NCBI RefSeq assembly: GCF_964213995.1
Contig: NW_027590164.1
Span: 248,001-312,000, forward strand
Length of the DNA: 64,000 bases
DNA from: Mustelus asterias
Lineage: Eukaryota
Reading direction: 5' to 3'
A program made the translations under genes and the position numbers. Position 1 is the stretch's first letter, and every line of letters begins with the position of its first letter. A model generated the notes under the pieces. It searched no databases and was not told where the DNA came from. It saw nothing but the letters and a program-made list of their open reading frames with translations. This document shows, piece after piece, positions 50,017-61,182 of the stretch.

Positions 50017-53000
50017 GTCCAGGACAGGAAGCAGAGAGCATGAATCTGTCAGTCAGCCTCAATCAGCACCTTCAGGAGAATTGGGAGGGTGTTTATTAGA
50101 TACAGCAGAGTGAGAATGGAGGGAGAGTGTGTGGGATGGAGATTCACAGCTTTTGGGGAATGAGAGAGGAAAGAATGTTCCATAGGAACTTGAATTATCT
50201 GTTCTGAATTTCTATCCTGTACTGACACTGATGACTTTTTCAAACTCATTTACAGGTTATCAGAAGGTGAGGATTTACAGAATGAAATTTTGAAACAAAC
50301 GTCACATTAACATCTGACAGTCACTCAATTGATCGGGACCTCAATATCATCGATCTTTGAATCTAGAAGGAGAAATGTTTCTCTGCTCTGCCTGCTTTCG
50401 AAGACTTTAAACATCAGTGTGACTGGAAATGCACCGACACACACACACCTGAGTGAGAGTGTTCCTGTGCACTGAGTGTGGAAAGAGCTTTAACCGGTGA
50501 CATTCACAGCGGGGCGAGACTGTACCCGTGTTCTGTGTGAGATTTAACTGACTGTTTAACCTGGACACTCCCAAGGACACCCGCACCATGGAGAAACCGT
50601 GGAAATGTGGGGACTGTGAGAAGCAATTCAAAGCTCCATCTGATTTGGAAATTCATTGGCGCAGTCACACTGGGGAGAGACCGTTCACCTGCTCTGTGTG
50701 TGGGAAGGGATTCAGTTATCCAACCTGCTGAATCACAAAGTGACTCATACCAAGAAGAGCCCCTTTAAGTGCTCTGATTGTGGGAGTGGATTCAAAAGCT
50801 CTGGAGAACTGGTGTCCCACCAACGCATTCACACTGAGGAGAGACCGTTCAGCTGCTCTCACTGCACAAAGAGATTTCAATGGTCATCCAACCTGAGGTC
50901 ACACCAGCGGGTTCACACTGGGGAGAGGCCATTCACCTGCTCTCAGTGTGGGAAAGGATTCAGTCATTCATCCACCCTGCAGACACACCAGCGAGTTCAC
51001 ACTGGGAAGAGGCCGTTCACCTGCTCTGCATGTGGGAAGGGTTTCACTCGGTTATCATACTTGCAGTCACATCAGCGAGTTCACACTGGGGAGAGGCCAT
51101 TCACCTGCTCTCAGTGTGAGAAGGGATTCATTGCATTATCCAGCCTGCAGAGACACCAGCGACTTCACAGTGGGGAGAAACCGTTCATCTGCTCTGAGTG
51201 TGGGGAGGGATTTACTCAGTTATCCAACCTACAGACACACCAGCGAGTTCACACTGGGGAGAAACCATTCACCTGCTCTCAGTGTGGGAAGGGATTCACT
51301 CAATTGTCCAGCCTGCAAACACACCAGCGAGTTCACACTGGGGAGAGGCCGTTCATTTGCTCTCAGTGTGAGAAAGGATTCACTGACTCATCCGGCCTGC
51401 AGAGACACCAGCGCATTCACACTGGGGAAAGGCCATTCACCTGCTCCCAGTGTGGGAAAGGATTTAGAGTTTCATCCCAGCTGCTGAAACACCAACAAGT
51501 TCACGAGTGATTCCAGGGGTTGGATTCTGCTGTTATTGTTTCTGCTCTCAATTACATCCAGGACTGCATTTTATTCATTCTCACAGTTGGTCAATGGGGA
51601 GGGTCGGAGGGTTTCTTTCTGCTGGACTGGCCGGTCTCACAACTTTGTCTCCAGTGGGCTGATGCTCTTTGAGTCTTGTTTCGAATACCTGGTTTCAAAT
51701 TTCACACGGATCACAGAGTGACAGGGTGTGAGGAAGTTCAGAGATATTTAGTCAGCATTTCTGTTTGAAACTCCCCCAGATGCCCATCCAATTTCCTTTG
51801 CAATTGTTTATTGTCTCCATTTCTTCCACCCTTGTAGGCAGCGAGTTCCAGGTCATTACCATTCGCTGCATCAAAATATTCTCCCTCACATCCTCTCCTG
51901 CATCTCTGACCCAAAACCTTAAATCTGTGTCCCCCCTCGTCCTTGTCCTATCAGCTAATGGGAACAGCTTTTCTTTGTCCACCTTATCTAAACCTGTCAG
52001 AATCTTGTCCACCTCTATCAAATCTACCCTCAACCTCCTTTGCTCCAAGGGAACAACTCCAGCCTGACATCGACAATAAAGAACAAAGTAACAGAATATG
52101 TTAATACCTGAAATCAAATGTTTAATTTCTGTTTTAAAGATATTGAGAATATATTGTCCTGGACAATAAAGGAATTGGGATAACTCCGGTAAATGAACAC
52201 AAAAAGATGCTGGAATCTGAAACAAAAACAGAAAATGGTGGAAAATCTCGGCAGATCTGACAGCATCTGTGGAGAGAGAATCGAGCTAACATTTCGAGTT
52301 TTCTCGACTGCTGAGATTTTATGCATCTATTTTATTTTATAATTGAGGATTTATAGGAACCAGTTAAATGTGGAAATTTTAAGCCTGGACGCATTTGGAA
52401 TAACTGAGAATTTTATCGTGTTGTCACCTCAACTCCAGATAAAGAACAAAGATTTTGCAGGTGGTAACGTGTTTGGTATTTTAAAGCAACAAAGACTAGA
52501 TGTTGCCTATAAAATCAGGCCCAGGAAGTTGGCTTAAAAAAGGTTGTTAGAATGAAGGATCTTGTATCTTATTTCAATCAAGGAGTTGTGAGCTTGTAGT
52601 GCTCTGCCACTTTAAGAAGCTATAGCTCTGAGAGAGAATGCTGAGGATTCATTGTTTGAAATTTACGAGCTGTGAGAATCTGTGTGTTTTGTTTGTTTTG
52701 TGTGGATGTTTGTAGATGTGTTTTATCATTGTTTTGGGCTACATTTGTTAAGGTTCATCTTTCTGGGGAATTAACCTCACCTTGTGTCTTTAATTAAAGG
52801 CATTTCTGGAAGTTTAAAAACAGAACCACAAAAATGCTTGATGCTTCTGGTTATTGTTGTTGTAAAGAACATGCTAAGTTTCTCTGCTTGTGTATGTATG
52901 ATATTTGTGAATTGCTTCAAGCTTTGAGGTTTTCTGTCTGTGATTTAATTCAAACAGATTTTTTTTTAAACTGTAATTAATAAAGCTTTTTTTTCACATT

Positions 53001-53675
53001 ATATTTACTGGCCAGAGATAGGATTCCAGGATATTTTACTAAACATGCAGGAATTTTAATCCGGATACAATTCACCCATGTGAGAATGAGGGTTTTAATT
53101 TGTCATGGTTATTTAAAATTTGACACGTGAAATGATTCTGACCAATCCTGTGTTGGACTGACCTTGGGTTAAACTTCCTGTCAGGTCCAAAGATTTATTC
53201 CTGATGCAATTGACACAATGAAAAGGAAAATTCTAGGATTGAATACTGAAGGAAAAAGTTTAAAATGTGGGATTATTAAATAGAAATGATTCCCAGACCA
53301 TGTGGTCATTAGATTAAAACAAAGGAAGATGCTGATGTCCATTTGAGAACTTTTAATCCACCCCTTTTCAAACCAAGGGAGTCTATGTACAAAGAAAGCC
53401 CAGGGATGGTAGATAAGGGGGTCTGTAAAACATCATGATGGGGGCACCTATCTGTTCATGAGATGATCACAAAACCCCATAATGCTCAGATACTAATTTC
53501 ATTGGACCAATATATAATTGATGTAATCTATCACCATTCTGATTGGATTGTGTCCAGCTGGGATGGGCTGAGTAACTGGATAAGAATTGATGATATTCTG
53601 TGTTGGGTGGAGTTGCACATGGTCAGCCCCTGTGGCTTCTCCCCGCAATATACTGTTCATTGATCGAATCAGGAT
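50017..53675 (+). repeat. ZNF duplication unit copy B
   Basis: Collinear with copy A through to gaatcagg. Confidence 0.88.
50588..51510 (+). pseudogene. C2H2 ZNF gene 5, 11 fingers, frameshifted in finger 2
   Basis: ATG 50588 (MEKPWKC). ggattcagttatcc at about 50709 lacks 4 nt versus family ggattcactcagttatcc; no downstream in-frame ATG. Confidence 0.85.
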
Positions 53676-53699
53676 TGAGTGTTGAATGATTCTTCTGAG

Positions 53700-54909
53700 T
53701 TTATTCCCCCCAACACACTGGGTACATTACCACTTCATCCTTGGGAGTGGTCTGATAGGCCGTGGTCCAGACTACATATGGACTTTGGAGGACCTTTCAT
53801 GAATCACGTGTTTGGTTGTTGTAAATGCACATTTGCAATGATTGGAAGCACAGATCATGAGTAATATTCCAGCTCCTGTAGCAATAGAGAAGCTCTGTCA
53901 AATTTTCACAAGCCCTGGGTTACCAGATTGGCTTGTTTCAGATAACGACACTCTGTTTACAAGTGAGGTGTTTCAGGAATTCCTGTAAAGGAATGGTCTA
54001 CGCCATGTGTGTACTGCATCGTTTCATCTGGCTACAAATGGTCTTCATGATGTGGAGATGCTGGCGTTGGGACTGGGGTAAACACAGTAAGAGTTTAACA
54101 ACACCAGGTTAAATGCGAGTGGCATTTGCTAACAAATAAACCTGTTAGACTTTAACCTGGTGTTGTTAAAACTCTTACTGTACAAATGGTTTGGCAGAAA
54201 GAGCTGTTTAAACTCTGAAGGAGGGATTGAAAAGAATGGCAGGCGATACTTTAAGAACAAGCTCTCAAGATTTTTGTTCCAGTTTCGCATCACACCACAA
54301 TCCACAACCGGACTCTCTCCTGTGGAATTTTTAGGTAGAAGGTTGAAGTCTCATTCGGATCTGCTTCATCCAGATCTCAGAGCAAAAATGAGCAGGAGAC
54401 AAGAGAAGCAAAAGGAGGGACACGACTACCACTCCAAAGAGAGGCAGTTCAAACCGGGTGATCAGGTTTACATCAGAAACTTTGGGAGTAATCAAATTTT
54501 AAACCAAAGTGGTCCAGTATCTTGGGTGGTGAGACTGTAAAACGGAAGAGTTGTTCGCAGACACCAAGACCATATTCGCTTGCGGTGTGACCCCGAGTCA
54601 GGAACAGTTTCAGAGTCAGCAACCATTGCTGAGAACATGGCAGAGGGTCATGCTGCTGTGGATGTTCACCAGGAAATGGTTCCAGCTTTGCCAGTTGACT
54701 CTGCTGTGGGAGTGGAAGAGGAATGTTCATGTACAGATTCTCAAACTACCTCTTCACCTCCCATTCCAGAAACACCATTACAAGATTTACCAGTGGTATT
54801 GTACAGGTCGCAATGCAACCACAAAGCTCCTGACAGACTTCCGTATTGTTAAAGACATTACTTTGTTGTATTTCTGTCCTGATGGGGGATTTAAAGTTAA
54901 GGGGAGAAG
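53700..54909 (+). mobile_element. Gypsy/Ty3 LTR retrotransposon integrase remnant with polypurine tract
   Basis: LHPWEW..RPWSRLHMDFGGP, LVSDN, TNGLAERAV, FRITPQSTTGLSP; PPT aaggggagaag at 54899-54909. Confidence 0.9.
54043..54180. mobile_element. Short inverted Penelope pLTR insertion with a 10-bp TSD
   Basis: TACAAATGGT at 54033-54042 and 54181-54190; internal arms cagtaagagtttaacaacaccaggttaaa / tttaacctggtgttgttaaaactcttactg. Confidence 0.8.
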
Positions 54910-55117
54910 TGTTACAGAGTGTTCTTCTCAACCTTTCTCCCTTCTGAGCACGTGTGGCTTTGGGCGGGGTTTCAGTCTGCAAGTCCAGGCTGGTTCCAAT
55001 GCTCCTGTTTCCTTTTGTTTGCCAATGATTTTTAAACTTTGTTATTTATTTACATAAAGAACATCCTGCTTTTAACAATGCATTCGACTACCTTATTTGT
55101 GGACTGAAATTCGCACA
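54910..55117 (+). mobile_element. Putative 3' LTR of the Gypsy element
   Basis: Starts TGT directly after the PPT; candidate ACA end at 55117 (end uncertain). Confidence 0.55.
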
Positions 55118-55337
55118 ATTGTGAAGCAGGAGATTAGTTAAATAGACAGCCTGAATTGAGAGACAATTAAAGAATAAATGATTCATTAATACAGATGTTA
55201 GGATGGAAATGTAAATTTGAACACAAAAGTTTTTAACTGTTAGAATTATAAACATAAGAATGGTTAAAATGCTGTGGGAATTATAAGATATTGCCTTCTG
55301 ATGCCAACAGAATAGACAAAACATGACAAGACTTGTT

Positions 55338-55798
55338 AGGGTGGCACGGTGGCACACTGGATAGCACTGCTGCCTCACAGCGCCAGAGACCTGGGTTTGA
55401 TTCCCGGCTTGGGTGACTCTGTGGACTTTGCACGTTGTTCCTGTGTCTGCCTGGTTTTCTTCCGGGTGCTCTGGTTTCCTCCCACAGTCCGAAAGATGTG
55501 CTGGTTCGGTGCATTGACCATGCTAAATTCTCCCTCAGTCTACCCGAACAGATGCCAGAGTGCGGTGACTCGGGGATTTTCCCAGGAACTTCATTTATTA
55601 GTGTCACAAGTCGGCTTACATTAACACTGCAATGAAGTTACTCTGAAAACCAGCATGTCTTTCGGACTGTGGGAGGAAACCGGAGCACCTGAAGGAAACC
55701 CACGCAGACATGGGGAGAATGTGCATACTGTGACCCAAAGCCGGGAGTCGAACCCAGGCCCTAGCGCTGTGAGGCAGCAGTGCAAACCACTGTGCCCT
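55338..55798. mobile_element. Two SINEs tail-to-tail (55338-55610 plus, 55592-55798 minus)
   Basis: V-SINE cores in opposite orientation. Confidence 0.8.
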
Positions 55799-56387
55799 AC
55801 AGAGAGGTGTTGGGAGCTGTTGATTTTACAAGTTATCCATGTTTTTGGAGCCATCACTTCATGTCCTGGTCTGAAAAGGATAGAGAGAAATCTGTTCATA
55901 AGATCTTGGAGCAGAATTAGGCCATTCGGCCCATCGAATCTGCTCCATCATTCGATCATGGCTGATGTGCTCCTCATCTCCATGTTCCTGCCTTCTCCCC
56001 ATTACGTTACATCAGTTCATACATTCAATTGTTAAAGCTGAGCTTTCTCCTTTTACTGTTAATCGATACTTTCCTTTTTTATCTTTCTGACTTGTTACAT
56101 TTCTAATGGTTAATAAACTTCCTGAATTCACCATTTAAAGTATTCTTTCGAGCCACATGGTTAAGTCACTGGAACCTGGTGTGATTGACAGTTATGGAGT
56201 TATTGTAAACAAGAGAACTCCATAAGTCTTAGTTCAAATAAATCACCATTCTCACAAATGGAATGCTATCCTTTATTACGAGAGAAATTGAACACAGAAG
56301 TAGATATTCTGCTTCAGTTATACAGGGCGTTACTGAGACTGCATCTTGAACACCGGGTGCAGCTTTGTCTCCAATTAAACAAAGGAT

Positions 56388-56708
56388 CGTAGGATCCCTG
56401 CAGTACAGACGGAGGCCGTTCTGCCCATCGAGTCTGTACCAAACAGCATCCCACCCAGGCCCTATTCCCATAACCCCACACATTTACCCTGCTAATCCCC
56501 CCCGACACAAGGGTCAATTTAACATGGCCAATCCACCTAACCCGCACATCTTTGGACTGTGGGAGGAAACCGGAGCACCCGGATGAAACCCACACAGACA
56601 TGGAAGAACATGCAAACTCCACACAGACAGTGACCCAGGCTGGAATTGAACCTGGGTCCCTGGCGCTGTGAGGCAGCTGCACTAACCACTGTGCCACCGT
56701 GCTGCCCC
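56388..56708 (-). mobile_element. HE1/V-SINE
   Basis: Head, core and tail present. Confidence 0.88.
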
Positions 56709-57117
56709 ATTTTATAAATACCATGGAAACAGTTCAGAGGAGATTTACTAGATTGATTCCCAATCCAGTAGTGTGAAATGTTAACTCTGTTTCTCTCTCC
56801 ACAGATGCTGCCAGACCTGCTGCGTTTTTCCAGTCCTTCCTGTATTTATTTTAGATCTACCTGTAGTGGGGGGAAAAACACTATTTACTATCCAGGATAA
56901 AATAAATGTCCTTCATCAGCTTTTGTGGATCATTTCAGTGGCAATGTGCTCTCCCAGGCTCAAAGAGCATTAGCCCCACTGGAAGCAAAGTCGTGCGATC
57001 GGCCAGTCCAGCAGAAAGAATCTCTCCTACCCTTCCACTTCACCAACTATAAGAATAAACATGGTTCAGTCCTGGATGTGATTAATGGCAGGAATAACAG
57101 CAGAATCCAACCCGTCA

Positions 57118-58128
57118 TCACTTGTGAACTTGCTGGTGTGTCCGCAGGCTAGATGACTGAGTGAATCCCTTCCCACACACACAGCAAGTGAACGGTCTCT
57201 CCCCAGTGTGAACTCGCTGGTGTATCCGCAGGTGGGATGACGTTCTAAATCTCTTTGTGCAGTGAGAGCAGCTGAACGGTCTGTCCTCAGTGTGAATGCG
57301 CTGGTGAATCATCAGTTCCCGAGAGCTTTTGAAATCACTTCCACAGTCAGAACATTTAAATGGTCTCTCATTGGTGTGAGTGAGATTGTGGTTCTGCAGG
57401 CTGGATGACTGAGTGAATCCCTTCCCACACACAGAGCAGGTGAACGGTCTTTCCCCAGTGTGAACTCGCTGGTGTATCCGCAGGTGGGATGGCGTTCTAA
57501 ATTTCTTTGCGCAGTGAGAGCAGCTGAACGGTCTCTCCCCAGTGTGAATGCGCTGGTGGATAATCAGTTCCCGAGAGCTTTTGAAACCACTCCCACAGTC
57601 AGAGCATTTAAAGGGTCTCTCATTGCTATGAGTGACTTTGTGTTTTGACAGGTTGGATAACTGCGTAAATCCTTTTCCACACACCAAGCAGGTGAACGGT
57701 CTCTCCCCAGTGTGAATGCGCTGGTGAATCATCAGTTCCCGAGAGGTTTTGAAATCACGCCCACAGTCAGAGCATTTAAAGGGTTTCTCATTGCTGTGAG
57801 TGACTTTGTGTTTCGACAGGTTGGATAACTGCATAAATCCTTTCCCACACACCAAGCAGGTGAATGGTCTCTCTCCAGTGTGAACACGCTGGTGTTTCTG
57901 CAGATCGGGTAAATGAGCGAATCCGTTCCCACACTCAAAGCAGATGAACGCTCTTTCTCCAGTATGAACCAGCTGATGACGCTGCAGATTATATAACCGA
58001 GTGAATCTCTGCCCACACACAGAGCAGGTGAATGGCCTCTCCCCGGTGTGACTGCGTCGATGAATTTCCAGTTTACAGGGAGCTCTGTATCTCTTCCCAC
58101 AGTCCCCACATTTCCACCGTTTCTCCAT
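57118..58128 (-). CDS. C2H2 ZNF gene 6, 12 fingers, intact (336 aa)
   Basis: ATG 58128 (MEKRWKC) to TGA 57118; acceptor 58488-58486; candidate donors at 59311-59306 and 60773-60768. Confidence 0.9.
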   Translation of the reverse strand: MEKRWKCGDCGKRYRAPCKLEIHRRSHTGERPFTCSVCGQRFTRLYNLQRHQLVHTGERAFICFECGNGFAHLPDLQKHQRVHTGERPFTCLVCGKGFMQLSNLSKHKVTHSNEKPFKCSDCGRDFKTSRELMIHQRIHTGERPFTCLVCGKGFTQLSNLSKHKVTHSNERPFKCSDCGSGFKSSRELIIHQRIHTGERPFSCSHCAKKFRTPSHLRIHQRVHTGERPFTCSVCGKGFTQSSSLQNHNLTHTNERPFKCSDCGSDFKSSRELMIHQRIHTEDRPFSCSHCTKRFRTSSHLRIHQRVHTGERPFTCCVCGKGFTQSSSLRTHQQVHK

Positions 58129-58778
58129 GGTGCGGGTGTCCTTGTGACTCTCCAGGTTAAACAATCAGTTAAATCTCACACAGAACACGGGTACAGTCTC
58201 TCCCGCTGTGAATGCTGCGATGTATTTTCAGGCTGTGTAACTGGTTAAAGCTCTTTCCACACTCAGTGCACTGGAACACTCTCACTCGGGTGTATCTGTG
58301 CCTTGGTGCTTTTCCAGTCACATTGATATTAAAGGCCCGTTGATGCAGACAGAACAGAGAAACATTTCTCCTTCCAGATTCAAAGGCTGATAATATTCAG
58401 GTCCGATGAATTGAGTGAGGGTGTCGGATGCTGATGTGATGTTTGTTTCAAGATTTTGGTCTGTCAATCCTCACCTTCTCATATCCTGTAAACGAGTTTG
58501 AAAAATTCATCAATGTCAGCACAGGATAGAAATTCAGAACAGACAATTCTAGTTTCTATGGAACATTCTTCCTCTCTCATTCCCCAAAAGCTGTATATCT
58601 CCATCCCAAACACTCTCCCTCCATTCTCACTCTGCTGTATCTAATATTCACCCTCCCAATTCTCCTGAAGGTGCTGATTGACAGATCCATGCTCACTGCT
58701 TCCTGTCCTGGACACAGAGAGCTGGAAATCTCCATGCTGGCTGCCAGACAGATATATGTCTGTCTGACTGGACTAACA

Positions 58779-59120
58779 AACATAGAAACCCTACAGTGCA
58801 GAAAGAGGCCATTTGGCCCATCGAGTCTGCACCAATCACAATCCCACCCAGGCCATACCCCGATATCTCTACATATTTCCCTGTTAATCCCTCTAACCTA
58901 CACATCTCAGGACACTAAGGGGCATTTTTTAGCATGGCCAATCAACCTAACCCGCACATCTTTGGACTGTGGGAGGAAACCAGAGCACCCGGAGGAAACC
59001 CACACAGACACGAGGAGAATGTGCAAACTCCACACAGACAGTGACCCAAGCCGGGAATCGAACCCAGGTCCCTGGAGCTGTGAAGCAGCAGTGCTAACCA
59101 CTGTGCTACCGTGCCGCCCC
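58779..59120 (-). mobile_element. HE1/V-SINE starting 5 nt after the tRNA-Val 3' end
   Basis: Full-length copy. Confidence 0.9.
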
Positions 59121-59125
59121 ATAAA

Positions 59126-59198
59126 TGTTTCTGCCCGGTTTCGAACCAGGGACCTTTCGCGTGTGAGGCGAACTTGATAACCACTACACTACAATGTG
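59126..59198 (-). pseudogene. tRNA-Val(CAC) pseudogene
   Basis: Val-CAC body, but the 5' acceptor strand is CACATTG instead of GTTTCYG. Confidence 0.85.
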
Positions 59199-59347
59199 TG
59201 GAATGTACAGACTGGATTCACTTCCTTTCCCTTCAGTTGCTGCAAGTTCCCAATTTCCCCCAGAATGAGAAAAGAAATGGAAAGGGGGAGAAAAGAAAGT
59301 GTTTTACTCACAGATGTGGGCCTCTTTTAAGGTAAAAGAAGCGGCTT

Positions 59348-59418
59348 TGCATTGCCCAGGAATCGAACCCATGCCTCCCGCATGACAGGCAAGAATTCTA
59401 CCACTGAACCACCAATGC
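59348..59418 (-). pseudogene. tRNA-Gly(GCC)-derived pseudogene, anticodon now GTC
   Basis: GCATTGGTGGTTCAGTGGTAGAATTC...CTGTCAT...GGTTCGATTCC...CAATGCA; mismatches in the T and acceptor stems. Confidence 0.88.
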
Positions 59419-59533
59419 ACAGGGCAGAGAAAACTGCTCAGTTCTTTCAACCAGTGCTTTCACATGCAAAGAAATGTGATGATTTGCAGCAGCAAATTCA
59501 ATGCTACTAACACACACACAACAACACTGTTGG

Positions 59534-60767
59534 TTTCTTTTTGTTTATTACAAATACGTTAATACAAAACAATTACAAATACACAAAAAACAAATGTGAA
59601 AAAATACATTACCAATGGCTAACGCCATCCATTTATCAGTTACTACCTTCCATTTCGGAAGGGTTCATCGTCAATTACAGTTTTCCAGGGCATTGCCCTC
59701 AAAATACACCTTCATTTACAAATCATAATCTACAAATCTACAAACATTAACACAACACTACAACTGTACACAACAAAAAATAAACACTGAAGCATAAGGG
59801 CACCGTCCCCTGGGTTTGTCCACCTGCCGGGGGATGCAACCCTCCAGTGGTACTCATATCCGGGGGTTACACCTTACGGATGTTCAGCCGGAGGGGGGAA
59901 ATGGGGGAAACCACCCCGCCTACTCAATCCGGAATCCCTTCCGGAATTTCAGCCGGGGCGGTGGGAGAGTCTCTCCAGGGTACTCAGTTCGGGCCTGCCT
60001 TCCCAATTTTTCTCCCGGAGAATAAAATCCCTCTGGTGTTACTATGTCCGGGGCTTCACCACCCAGAACTTTCCCCAAGTGGATGTCACACCCCCCGGGG
60101 GTGACTCCATCCAGGGGGGGATGCCCCCCAGGCCACAATAACGCAAGAAAATAGACGGGGGCCGGAACCACCAACTATCATAACAGGAAAACCACATATT
60201 ACAATAACAAACAATCCATGAACAACCATACAATTGTGAAACATTTCGGAGGCATCGCCTTCCAGAGCTTCGCCCATCAACATTCCACCGTCCGAAGTCG
60301 ACAACGCTCAACTACAGTCCTCCAAAGTCCACCACTCCGGGCCAGAACTTCCAAAATCACACCCATAGGGGCTGCACCGTCTGGGGTCACACCTTCCGCG
60401 GCTGAACCTTCCGAAACCATAGTTCCCAAATGGCTCCTCCCTGGCTTGGGTCTTCCGAGATTGCATCTACCTGGGCCACGCCTTTCAAGGCACAGGAATC
60501 CCAGCGAGAGCAGCATTCAACAAGCCCCAGCCGAAACAAAAAGTTCTTACACAAGTCACGAACCCAAGCACTTGAAACAGAAACTTCACGCCGACCAAGG
60601 CGTTCCTCCCAGCGGCCACATTTCCAAAAGCTCACCGCAAGGCGCGCATTAAGCCCGCCTTGAACTCCTTATCCTCTGCCCGCCCCCTGCCTGGAGCACA
60701 CCATACTGGCCAACACGCAAAGCGAACGGCCAATATGGTGGACTGGCTGGACAATCCAATCTTTCCC
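59534..60767 (-). mobile_element. Probable L1/Tx1-clade 3' fragment (decayed ORF2 end, GT-rich UTR, AATAAACAAAAAGAAA tail)
   Basis: Tail and base composition are seen directly; protein similarity (YGVL..., KCGRWEER..RREVSV) is weak. Confidence 0.5.
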
Positions 60768-60784
60768 ACTCACAGATGTTGGAG

Positions 60785-61105
60785 AGAGGAGGAAGATTGA
60801 ATCTGTCCACTCCCCCAAGGCCCGGGGCTGCGCATGTCCAAGGGAGAGGGGAAGCTGCGCATGTGCGGGGGAGTGCCCATCCACTGACCTTCATTCTGAG
60901 GTGTTGACCAATGGGAACTCTGGAGGACCGGAAGGACTTTGGTCCTCCAGCCAATCAGAGCTCCCCATTGTCTGAATGCGGAAGTTAGACAATGAGCTTG
61001 TTCAGCTGCTCATTCCTGCCCAGCAAAGCTGCTGCTGCTTCTCTCTGAATGGAGATTGAACTTCAGACAGACTCAACCTTCCTCCTGTCTCTAATATCTG
61101 GGAGA
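60785..61105. promoter_or_regulatory. Second copy of the ZNF promoter between ZNF6 (-) and ZNF7 (+); left CCAAT arm missing
   Basis: 60820-61000 aligns to 46883-47062: two TGCGCATG sites, CCAAT at 60908 and 60951, TGGAGGACC-N11-GGTCCTCCA, GCGGAAG. Confidence 0.8.
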
Positions 61106-61109
61106 GTGT

Positions 61110-61182
61110 GGGTCAGTGGCGCAATGGATAACGCGTCTGACTATGGATCAGAAGATTCCAGGTTCGACTCCTGGCTGGCTCG
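61110..61182 (+). tRNA. tRNA-Arg(ACG)-derived copy with anticodon ATG
   Basis: Matches the vertebrate Arg-ACG sequence as I recall it except C4->T and C35->T (ATG at 61143-61145); TTTT at 61214-61217. Confidence 0.9.
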
